A DNA stretch of 64,000 bases, taken from assembly GCA_023213395.1 (NCBI GenBank), contig CM041465.1:140127741-140191740 (forward strand). The letters are read 5' to 3'. Below, piece by piece: positions 53,601 through 64,000 of this stretch. Every line of letters begins with the position of its first letter. Position 1 is the stretch's first letter. Below the pieces are notes generated by a model that had not been told where the DNA came from, did not search any database, and saw nothing but the letters and a program-made list of their open reading frames with translations. This DNA comes from Cycas panzhihuaensis (lineage: Eukaryota; Plantae; Cycadophyta). A program made the translations under genes and the position numbers.

Positions 53601-56314
53601 TCTTACTAAAATCACTGGGGTAGAAAAAGTGCTTTTACTTTCCCTAATAATACCAGCATTAAGGAGTTCTTGAACTAGTCATTCAATTTCATTCTTTTGC
53701 TGGTAGGGATACCAGTATGGTCGAATATAAGCAGGATTACTTCCAGCTACCAGGTCAATGCTATGATCTTGGTCATGTACTAGGGGAAGACCTTGAGGAA
53801 TATCCTGAAAGACCTGGTTATGGTGGTGAAGTACCAATTTTAAGTCATTTGGTATACCATCATCTTGGAGAATGTCCCCTTCTATTGGAAGTTCTTGACC
53901 TTCCAGAGCATAACATTTGGCAATGATTCCTGTACCACCCTTTTTAATAAGCCTCTCCATATGGTGTGAGCTAATGATTTGGGTCAGTGGAGGAATGATC
54001 CCATTCAATTGATAGTCAATTCCTTCAGAAGTAAATTAGATGAAGAGCTCTTGCATATTTAGTTGAATGGTTCCTAGTGGTTTGAGCTATTATACCCCTA
54101 ATACAACATCAACTCCTCTAACGGGAATGGCATACATAGAAGTGAAAAGGTGATAGTCACCCATTTGCAACTTGATATTGTGGCATTTTCCCCCATAAGT
54201 GAGTGTCCTTCCATTAGCCACCATAACCTAAAAATTTTTGACAAGATATGGAAAATAATTGAGTTCTTTAGTAAGTTTCTGATTAATGAAATTATGGGTG
54301 CTCCCAGAATCTATGAGGACAACCATCTTCCTTTTGTTAATGTACCCAATAAGTTTGAGTGCCTGAAGGGATGCAATTCTAGCTAGGGCATGCATAGATA
54401 TAGTAGCAGTATCTTCTTCTTCCTCCTCAGGTGGGTCACAATCATTATTTTCTGGCTCTAAAGAGGCTTCTTCAACTGGTTCCTCATCTTAAACATCCTT
54501 AATTATAAATAAGCGTTGTTCAAGACACTTATGTTCTTTATTCCACTTTTGGTTATAATGAAATCATAACCCTTTCAATCATTTCTCATCCATCTCTTGG
54601 GAAGTCATTCATCGTACACCAGGAACCTAAAATTATGGTCACTTTTTTGGAAATGTTCATTAGGGGGGTCGGGATGCCTTATTTTTTGCTTCAATATTTT
54701 AAGCAAAATTAATAGATGTAGAGATGTTATCAAGTTTTAAGAGTCGCAACTCATGTTTGATGTCATCTCATAACCCACCAATATACAACTCAAGTAATTT
54801 ATCCTGACAAAGACCATCAACCCTTATGGAGAGACGTTGGTATTCTGTTGTATAAGCTAAAATAGTCCCCTCCTGTCTAACTTTAGCTAACTGGTTAAAG
54901 TGGTCATGATCCTAGATATTGTTATATTGAGCTATAAGATCCTTGACAAAACCCTCCTCTTGATAACTAAGCCCACCAATTATTTTCATAACCCATTGGT
55001 ACCATTGGTAGGGTTTTGTTTCTATGTGTAGAGAAGCAAGAGGGATCTTCTTATCTGCTAGAACTTGATGAAGAGAAAAGTATTGTTCCATTTGGGTGAT
55101 CTAAGTATGTACATCTATGCCATTGAACTTCTTGATTTCTACCTTGGGAAGGAAGTTCAGACGAAAGCGCCTACTATTATTACCTTCATCTTCTTTAGCG
55201 AAGTGACCCCCACCTATGTGAGTAGTATCATTAAGGTCACTCTTTTCTTCCTTAAGAGGTTTTATGGATGTCAACTCTAGCATTATAGCTTTAAAATTTT
55301 CATTGAAGTCATTTTGGATTTGTAATATATCTTCTCAAAGTTATGAAACAACATCATTGAGATCTTGAGTCCAACTTAGGTTCATCTTAGGGGCCATTAG
55401 TCCATAAGACCTAAGTTGAATCTTGGTTGGTAAATGTGACTGAAAAGGATTTGATGGGGTGTCTATAGATTGTTATCCCCAATATTTTACAATGAGGCAA
55501 TATGGATTTTTTTTTTTTTTTGCTTTTTTTTTTTTTGATTTTTTGCTTTTTTGCTTTTCGCCTTTTTGTTTTTTGCTTTTTTGGGCACTGGTTGGCTGAC
55601 AGACTATGTGCACATAAGCTGATAACAAACTAGCTAAACACACTTGATTTAATAAATAAATGATAACTGACTCATTGATTGACTAAGTATGCACAACCCA
55701 CTAATAGACTGACCAGGTACACTAGGTATGGGCTTGTCTGGTTTGTAGGCCCTCTGATATACTGATCCTAGACATAAATAATATCAACTTACAAAGGTAA
55801 ATGCTCTACTATGTAGTTGTACTACCCCATCTCTAGGGAACATGGAGAGTAACTTCTCGAGGCTAACGGCTTACCGGTGCACTACAAATTACAAACGGTC
55901 AATAGGTTTCCTATGGTTACCTATACTAGGAAGGCTTATTTAGGGGGTCCTCCTATATACCCATAGGTACGTGGAGGCACAATTCCATAGCCAATTTCTG
56001 TCTAAGGCTTGATTTAGGAGTGTGGTCTCCATTCCTTCACATAAGTTATAGAAAATCCACAATGCGCTTAGCCCAAAATGACAGATCCTCGTGATATTTA
56101 TAGACCCCTGGCATAGGGTCTTTGCAAAAGAGAACTACCCCGTGGTAGTGTTAGGATAGTTGCCCGAACCTAGTGTTATCTACCCCCAAAAAGTAAAACA
56201 ACTAAATGGAAATCAAATGAGAATAGGTACTAATGAGAAAAAAATGATGGAAAAAAATTGATTATTTAGTACCTTGACTCTCCCACAACTAATGGATCGA
56301 CTGCTCTAATACCA
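50658..56314 (-). mobile_element. Element F: Gypsy chromovirus (Reina/IFG-like), 5' LTR lost
   Basis: 3' LTR 50658-51027; PPT AAGGGGGGGA (51031-51040, minus); PBS TGGTATTAGAGC (56303-56314, minus); complete domain order between them. Confidence 0.9.
51045..55397 (-). pseudogene. Element F gag-PR-RT-RNaseH-IN-chromodomain polyprotein with scattered stops
   Basis: LPKVEIKKFNG gag; VLIDSGSTHNFI protease (~54300); [16 protein letters not shown]...[11 protein letters not shown] (53208-53615); FTIECDASGQGIGAILMQ RNase H; VVVDRLTKYAHF integrase; EYLIKWKQLP*EDATWE chromodomain (~51080-51135). Confidence 0.92.
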
Positions 56315-56319
56315 CTTAT

Positions 56320-58050
56320 TATGAATCATTACACTCATTGCTTACATATTATTTTGCATTGCCAATTCTAAGAATTTTGATTTTATGGTTAGACTAATTT
56401 TCTTCTAAACCTTTATATTCTAAGAAAGTATTAAACACTTCATTTTGTATTTTAATTATGTAAACCCAACACTTTTTAGTATAATCATAAATGAATATAA
56501 AAAAAATATTTACTTTTGAAATATGCTATAACTTGAAAGGGGTCATAAATATAAGAGTCTATAACTTCTAGTGGGGTTTTGGCTCTGAAGTTTATTTTAT
56601 GAGGGGATGGGTTTATGTATTTTTTACCTAACGTACAAGCTTCATAAGCACCATAAACTATGGCTAAATGAGGAAGACCATGAGCCATGTCATGTTGATT
56701 GAGGAAATACAATTTGCCATAGCTTATATGGTCAAAACATGCATGCCATAATTAACTAACAAGATCAAACTCAATAATAAAAGAAGTGAAGGATTATTTT
56801 TTAACTATATAGGTAAGATCTATGAGGTTATAAAAACTAGCCTTATGGCCTATAGGTTTGAAAGCAAATACTTTGAATTTGTTAAATAGATTATCTTTCT
56901 AGAATTCAATCATTAAATTGTTTTGATAAATCTGGTAAATAGATAATATATTAGGTAGAAGACCTATAAAATAGAACACATTGTTTATAGAACTATTATT
57001 CAGGAAAACATTACTTATTCCTACAACTTTGCAGTGAAGTAGTAGTTGTGAAAGATGAAGTAGAAGCAGTTAGAGAGTTGTGGAATTTTGGTTAAATTCC
57101 CTTTAAAGCTTTCCATGCTCTAGAAGCTAATTAGTTTCTATAAATATCTATGGTATGACATTTCTTATGATAATAAGCACACCTAATATTTTAATTATAA
57201 CTTGATTTAGTAATGCTTTTAACTCAATATGAATATTATGTATGTCTTTGTATATTCTAGTTTTTAAATGTTCTAGTATGTTTAGAGTTCTGCTTGTTAA
57301 AGTTTAATAAAGAACTATTTCTAAGTTATTTTTGAGGTTTAGGATTATTATGATTATTGATTAATGATTTAGACTCCTTTGTTTTGGTTGTAATTTAATG
57401 TTAGAAAAAAGATCCTATCAATACTCTTTTATTTCTCTAGTTTGAATGAACATTGATTGAAATTTAATTAGTTCATTTGTAAGCTCATCAAAAGAATAAA
57501 AGGATGGCCATACTATTATCTAGAAACTTTGTACTAGTTGAAAGATTTTGAAAGTTTATTTATTGTAGAACATACGAGTGTATCGTCGTCTTTAGTATGT
57601 GTTATTGTAATTATTTTATCTTTTTCTACAACAACTAACTTGACATAGTTACCAAGGTCTATGCTTATTAATTATAGATTTGAGAGGAATTCTTCTGCTT
57701 TAGAGAAGTCCTCATATTTTAGATTATAGAGTTTTTATTCTAAAATAACAACTTGAGTTATGTTAATTTTGTCATACTTTGCTTTCAATTTATTCCAGAT
57801 AGTGGAAAGATTATTTGTATCAGTGAATTGTTATCATATATTACGAGATAAAGAGATGAAAATGGTACCCAAGGCATCATCACAGTTCATCAAATAAACC
57901 ATATAGGCATCTAAAGTAGTGTCTATAGGTTTTTAAAATTCTCCAATTACATATCACCATGACTTTTATTATTTTAGTTGGTTTGATATTTTAATTTTTT
58001 AGTCAACATAATTTAAGTGGTTTAATACTAGATATTTTATAGAAGAGGTA
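56320..58050 (-). pseudogene. Copia I gag-PR-integrase N-terminal remnant
   Basis: HGLPHL...EACTLGK...RAKTPLEVIDSYIYDPF (56485-56712); YDYTKKCWVY...KIKILRIGNAK*YVSNE; decayed gag 57200-58050. Possible iMet PBS TGGTATCAGACC at 59033-59044 (minus). Confidence 0.75.
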
Positions 58051-59119
58051 ACCCTTGGCATAAAGCCCATTGGGAAAAAGTATGTGTGAGTATAAGATCA
58101 ACCTATATGACAAAATATTTAGCTCATTAAATTTGTATGACAAGTGACTTCCAAATTAGTAAAATAGGTTTATTCTTCAAACATGTTATCCTTAGAAGGA
58201 GAGTGCACACTCACTCCACAACAATATTTTAAAAATAATGAATTATGTTATGTAATATAAGAATAGAAAGAAGTGGCCCTTAATAAAAGTTTGTTTTGAT
58301 ATAATATAATCATCGCATGTTTATAGTATCAAGTATTGCTATTAGGTATTAGACATATATAATTTGCTTTATAAACTAATGGAAAATAAAATTTTAACCT
58401 TTATGTGTAGAAAAAAAAAATTTATTTATTAGGAAATAAAGAGAAGATTGCCATTTTAAAAAATTTGAAAGATATGAATAAGATTATAATAAATAAATAA
58501 AAACTTATAACCTATATATAATGATAGGGTTAATATGAGATTTAACATAAAAAAAAGTTCTATGGTCAAAATATATAAGAATAAAGCTTAATAATATAAA
58601 TGAGGATTAATGATTTTAATAATAAGAAAAATTAATAATATTAATATTATTAAAGATAATAGCAAAGATTAATAATATTAATTAAAGGAAGATTAATAAT
58701 ATAAAAGAAGGTTAAATAATGTTAATGCTTAATAGTTTTAAAGGTTAACAAAATAAAAAATAAATCAAAATACCCTTACCTATAGACTTGATAGATGAAT
58801 GGAATTGATTTAATTATTTAATGACCATCGATGAGGATCATAATTGTGTGGTAGGATTAGGTAGTGATTTGGGGAGGGGGGGGGGGTTGTGGATGGTTCA
58901 TCTCATTCTCACTCCATTATTGTAGTGGCAGATTAGAGCTTGACGATGATGACAGATATTGGGGTTGGGTTATATTTATGATAGTAAATGAAGCTCGATG
59001 ATGATGAAGATTATGATTGACTATTAGGGTTAGGTCTGATACCAAAGGTTGCCTCTCTCTCACTTTAATATTATAACAATAAGAACTATATACTTGGTGT
59101 TAATAATATCTTTGAATAC

Positions 59120-59320
59120 AACTCAATTATGGTGATGGCAACTTAGCACAATTTTAGTGATGGTACCTCAGCTCTGGTAATAGTAACTCAACTATGGTGA
59201 TGGCAACTCAACTCTAGTGCTAGTGATGTAACTCAGCTCTAGTAATGATACCTCAGCTCTAGTGATAGTAAGTCAACTTAATTAATGGTGAATTAGCTCT
59301 AGCAACATTAACTTAGCTTT
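59120..59320. repeat. About 20-bp degenerate minisatellite (ACTCAGCTCTRGTGATRGYA), 9-10 units
   Basis: Direct reading of tandem units. Confidence 0.8.
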
Positions 59321-59422
59321 GAGTTTTTAAAAAAATAAGAAAAAAAAATTATGGCTAGGGTTTTGTTCTAGGGCCCCCTTTTTTTTTTTTAATAATTTTA
59401 GTATTTAAGGTTTTATTCAAAT

Positions 59423-60320
59423 TGTTAGAGCACAAATATAATGGGCTTTATGTAAAAACCATTAAAACTTATAATGTCACCATCATGACCATGTAACTTG
59501 CATGTATATATGTATATCTATGTACTCTAAGTGACCCTTATTTGTAATTTAATCATAATTTGTAAATATGTCAGGTCTGCTTCTTGTTTCAATAAGTTAG
59601 CCAATAATATTGTTGTAAACTTTAGTGGTATACTTATAAATTAACCCCTGCTCTTCTCATTTATATATTGGATACTTTGCAATAAAAAAGCTTTGTCAGA
59701 TTGGAGCCTCACGGTGTGATAAAGTCACCCGTGAACATTTGCCTATCTTAGATTTTAATAGTTTGCAATGTATCTTTTGATGGATGCACATAGTATTTAG
59801 ATCTTGAAATTGTTTTCTCATGGTATTAGAGATATTACGTACTCCATTTGGTATTTTCTTTAGGAATGTGTGAGAAATAAAGGTTTGTTTACCCATAATG
59901 GCACCTTATTCCCATATTTTTCCAAGTTTTCTCATAATATTAGATGGCCATCAGTCAATCTAAAGCCACTATTGCTGATTTTTAGTTCATATCAATGTGC
60001 ATTTATAATATTTTAGGCTTGTTGTAGACCATAAAGTTTGCAGCTCTAATTTTGGTTAAATCCTAATTCACTTGCATTGACTTCATATCACTCCCAAATA
60101 GAGATCTGTTGATTCTAATGGTCCTTTGAGGCTACTCAGACCCTGTTGTAAGTAATTATATGAAAGATTTAAAGATTAATTAGCCATTTGTAACCCTAGG
60201 TGCCTGTACAACCTCCATGAGCTTCTATGACATTGTCTAGGCTCACTTTTCTCTATTGAGGCTTTGAATCAGCCTAAAGGAAGGTGCAATAACCTGTAGA
60301 AGAGATTTAAAGTGAGAACA
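59423..60320 (+). mobile_element. 5' LTR (59423-59820), iMet PBS and leader of an LTR element
   Basis: TGTTAGAG...TTCTCA followed by TGGTATTAGAG (59821-59831); leader resembles that of H. Confidence 0.55.
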
Positions 60321-61749
60321 TTTGAGCTTGATCAATTTTGAGTATCCTTTCAAGCGTGCGAGATGCCAAAAGTTGCTTGTCCTCCATACATAATCCATGG
60401 AGCTTCACATCAATTCTTTGATTTAATTTTTGATATTTTTTAACTTTATTTTTCATAAAGTAAAGTGATATCAACTCGAATTTAATCTTTTGGTTCAAAT
60501 TTAGTCTAAAGGGACTTTGATTTGGTCATATAAACACTCATATAATTGTGCTTTTCATCATAAGGGATGAAATTCAAATCTTAATAAGTTTTTTTTTATA
60601 AATTTTAATTTTGCAAAAAGTTTAGGGTGTATTTGATATAGTTTCAAGTCCACCTAATGCCTTAATAGCTCAATAAGTGGTCACTTGCTATAGTTTGGCA
60701 ACCAAAGGCCAAGTTTTAATGGGGCTTAAGCCCAATCCTCGCCAAATTTTAGCATAAAAGGTACCTATTATAATTTTCCAACTGTGAGTCAGAATCAAAT
60801 GTCATCTAAACTATTGGAAAGATAATTTAGAGGGCTATAGTTTAAAGTCAATTTTAGCTTGATTTATGTCCATTTTATAGGAGTTTTAGGATTCTAAAGT
60901 TAGGCTAATTGTTTAAGCATTCTTAATACTTTTCTCTTCATTTAAAGGCCCAAATTTAGTTTTTCATAAGAGTTTTTTAATGCTATATACTACTATTGAC
61001 TATTAGTTAGATGTTCTAATCTAATTTTAGGGCTAATAAAGTACTTGTGGTTTGGTTATTATACGTGTTTTTCTTGGTAATTGATGTGAATCTTCTTAGA
61101 TCAAGTCCTTTAAAAGAACTCATTAAACCCTTCTTTTCCTCTTAATTTCTTATATTTCTTTCTATTCTTTAGAATTTCTTAGTAAAAGGAACTTTCTTCA
61201 TAAATAAGATCACCTTGAAATTCATCTTTAATTTGAAACATTAATCAAGATAATCCTAAATCAATAAGATAACTATACCAACCATACAAGGGGAATGGTT
61301 AGGATCCCTAAAGTTATAATTCCATATATGCCTTTGGTATTTCTCTAATTTGTTGAGGATACCATTGACTATAAGGTATAAAGTGGCAAGATAAGGTGGA
61401 AAACTATCCTTTAGTATTTAAAGACTAGGCTAGACTAGAAGGGGGTGAGTGCCTTGGTTGTTAAGTTTTCACCGCTAGATCTATTACTAGGCATAAGTCT
61501 AACACAGTTGGATACATAAATTAGAAGGGTTTTTGACCTTCTTAGTAGCCCATGTACTAAGTTATATAGAGCCTTAAGCTCATTTACTGGTCTATAAGAT
61601 TCCTAGTTTGTCACTTGTGGGAAGGTTCCATTAGATAGGATAGTAACCAAGAGCTCTCTTAGAGACCCAAAAACTTATAACTCTAGATTAACAACCCCTA
61701 GGTAGAATAGTACATAACCACTTAAAACCCAAAACAAAAATATACTTAG

Positions 61750-63154
61750 AAATGATATCACAAATATTTTTATTAAACACAATCAAACCTAGTGGCTTAA
61801 ACAACTTTATAGATTGGAAGAAATAAATGAAAAACCTACTCATTATGAATGACTATTGGGGTTATGTCAATGGTGATATCCCCTTACCTAGACCAGCATA
61901 AGATTCCAATGATTTTAGCATCATGATTCTACCTGATCTAATTGTCTTAGCTAACTTTAAAGCCTGGGATAATATAGCCTTGTCCTTCCTCCACTTGGTA
62001 ATAAAAGATCAAGTGGATTAGAATATAGAGATAACTAAAACCTCTTATAAAGCTTAGACCATCTTATGTGCTCTCTATGAGAGCAAATATGAGTCAAGAT
62101 CCTTAACTCTCAAAGCACATATATTTATTATCCCCTTTATAGGAAACATTACTCCTTATTTAATCAAAGTAAAGATAATTCAAAATCAACTAATAATCCT
62201 TACAGAACCTTCATTAGACCATGACACTATATCTAATATTCTTAATATCCTCTTAATAAAATATAATAACTTATTTTTAAACTCTATGATAACTACACTA
62301 AAATGGATTTTATCACCTTTGAGGGACTCCTAGTAAGAGAAGAAAACATTCTCAACTAACTAGGGGTAATATCTACCTTTGAATTGGCCCATGTATTTGT
62401 AGCTTGAAACTTAGAGAGGGGTAAGACTACACAATGACCAACTTAGTAGGTTAGTTAACTACAAAGTCTTACTCAATGATTAGACTCTTTAGACATCTCA
62501 CTAGAGCCAAGTCAACAGCTAACTTAGCATTAACCACATCAAATTGGCACTTCTTCCCTATAAGGTCAACAACCTCAATAGTCTTAGTAACTACCACAAC
62601 CTCAAAAAAAGGAAAATCAGTAGAGTAGACCCAATTTCAACTACTTATACTATGGGAAAACTAATCACCTTACTATTGAATGTAGGAGATGACAAGTTGA
62701 TCTCCAAATATTTCAAAATCAAGGGATCTAGTCTTATGGGCCTAGCTTTTAACAAGCAACCCTATACTATTAATAAGGAGCTGCATATTATAAATAAGTG
62801 GCACCCAACTTTTAATAAAGTGGATAAAACTATCAACAACATGGACCAAGTTACTAACAAAGAGGACCAAGCCCTAAATAGGGCCCATTCTACAATAAGA
62901 AGCCCTTTACTTCCAACAAGGAGGCCTTATTTAATAACAAGGAGGCCCTATCTATCCATAAGGAGGGTTATCATATCAATAACTAGGCTAATTCTTGAAA
63001 GGAGTGGATTTATCCTTCATCTCTATGCACTAAACACAAAGACAAATATGGGAGCAAGAGAGGCTTGAGAGAAAAAGAGTGGCTCTCACAAAATAAGGAG
63101 GTAAGAATGAGCCTCCTCCATTAAGCTTTTACTTTTATATCGAGAGAGGGAGAA
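61750..63154 (+). pseudogene. Element J: Copia gag with zinc knuckle and Q-rich tail running into a PPT-like tract, no pol
   Basis: NNFIDWKK*MKNLLIMNDYWGYVNGDIPLP; A*TILCALYE; decayed CCHC YLYYGKTNHLTIECRR (~62640-62690); purine tract GAGAGAGGGAGAA 63142-63154. Confidence 0.7.
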
Positions 63155-63259
63155 TTAAAGTTAGGTAAAATAAATTTACACATAATACACATGAAAGTGT
63201 ATTTCACTTAAGTGATCTACTTTAAAGTTTACTTAAGACCCTTTTAGGAATAATCAACT

Positions 63260-63545
63260 AATTTAATGACCTTATGACATTAACTGGTTATAATCTCCTC
63301 CTTAGTGGTAGAAGGTCATTCATCTTTATTCTATCCTATGAGGTCTTCATTTGAGCCTCTTATAAAGCAAACTACTATGACATTTTTATAGGAAACCCTC
63401 ATGGGGAAGAAAACCCATAGACTTTTTATTCTACTAACCTAGCTCAGGCAACTCTTTAAATAAAGCTAGATAGCTAATTTATACAATGCATTTTATAGCT
63501 GAAATCTACTTAGTCTCCATATACCATTTCATCATCCCCCATGTT
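63260..63545 (-). mobile_element. Probable LTR fragment, minus strand
   Basis: Minus TGGGTTTTCTTCCCCATGAGGGTTTCC motif resembling the one in LTRs H and C; PPT-like GGGGGATGA next to it. Confidence 0.35.
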
Positions 63546-64000
63546 TATTTAGGTTTTCACAGATTCTAATTTTCTTAAATGATACAACCCTTATCCTTTT
63601 GTGCCCATAAGGGGTTTCTACAAATGGGATAGAGCAGAGACTTACTCTTTCCCTTCTACACCCATAAGGGATTTTCATGAATGAGATAAAGTATGATAGA
63701 CCTATTATCATCTCCTTCAATCAGTTGGATATGGAGACTCTAAGGCATAGTTGCCTTCAAAACTATTCAAACTTCACCCTCTATAGTGGCTTGGTGAAGA
63801 TATTAGTCACTTGATTTACTATAGGGAAGTACTCTAGTTGAATTATGGCATCATGAACTAGTTCTCTAATCCTATAGACTTTTATACTTATATATTTGGT
63901 ATGATTATGAAATATAGGATTTTTAGCCACTTAAATTGTAGATTAATTATCCACACATAGGCTGGTAGGACTTGTTTAGATGACATTTAATATATTCAAT

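Noticed and set aside
45100-56400. G2 and Copia I as two halves of one interrupted element
   Set aside because: Both contain the integrase DNGGEY-equivalent segment with different sequences, and no TSD links them.
61426-61450. TAGACTAGAAGGGGG as a tRNA-Asn PBS for element J (also the weaker match at 2499-2514)
   Set aside because: Partial match only, no preceding CA terminus at 61426, and it equally resembles the reversed C-rich LTR-end motif; unresolved.
62544-63068. 174-aa ORF as a host gene
   Set aside because: Alternative frame over the decayed gag tail of J; the zinc knuckle lies in another frame.
59423-63260. LTR 59423-59820 as the 5' LTR of element J
   Set aside because: Sequence after the J PPT (63155 onward) does not match it.

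Overview
AT-rich, CpG-depleted plant intergenic DNA, most like a large gymnosperm-type genome (inferred from IFG/Reina-like chromoviruses and a Tat-like gag resembling conifer families). It is made almost entirely of decayed LTR retrotransposons, and no intact host protein-coding gene was found. The centre (about 12.4-40.8 kb) is a five-level nested stack: Gypsy chromovirus A > Copia B > Tork/Tnt1-like Copia C > non-autonomous gag-only element D (minus) > its relative E (plus). B, C, D and E each keep both LTRs and a matching 5-bp target-site duplication. One nuclear-type tRNA-Asn(GTT) gene with a weakened acceptor stem lies in a small non-repeat island at 11.5-12.3 kb. The left end holds Tat-like Gypsy remnants and a young 869-bp tandem duplication. 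The right third holds further Copia fragments, a second chromovirus F (minus) and another gag-only Copia. The most notable signals are a pol-less gag-only family that inserted into its own 92-bp minisatellite and carries a 1.5-kb gene-like cargo, and a hairpin enclosing the PPT/U3 junction in six Copia 3' ends whose arm sequences differ between families.
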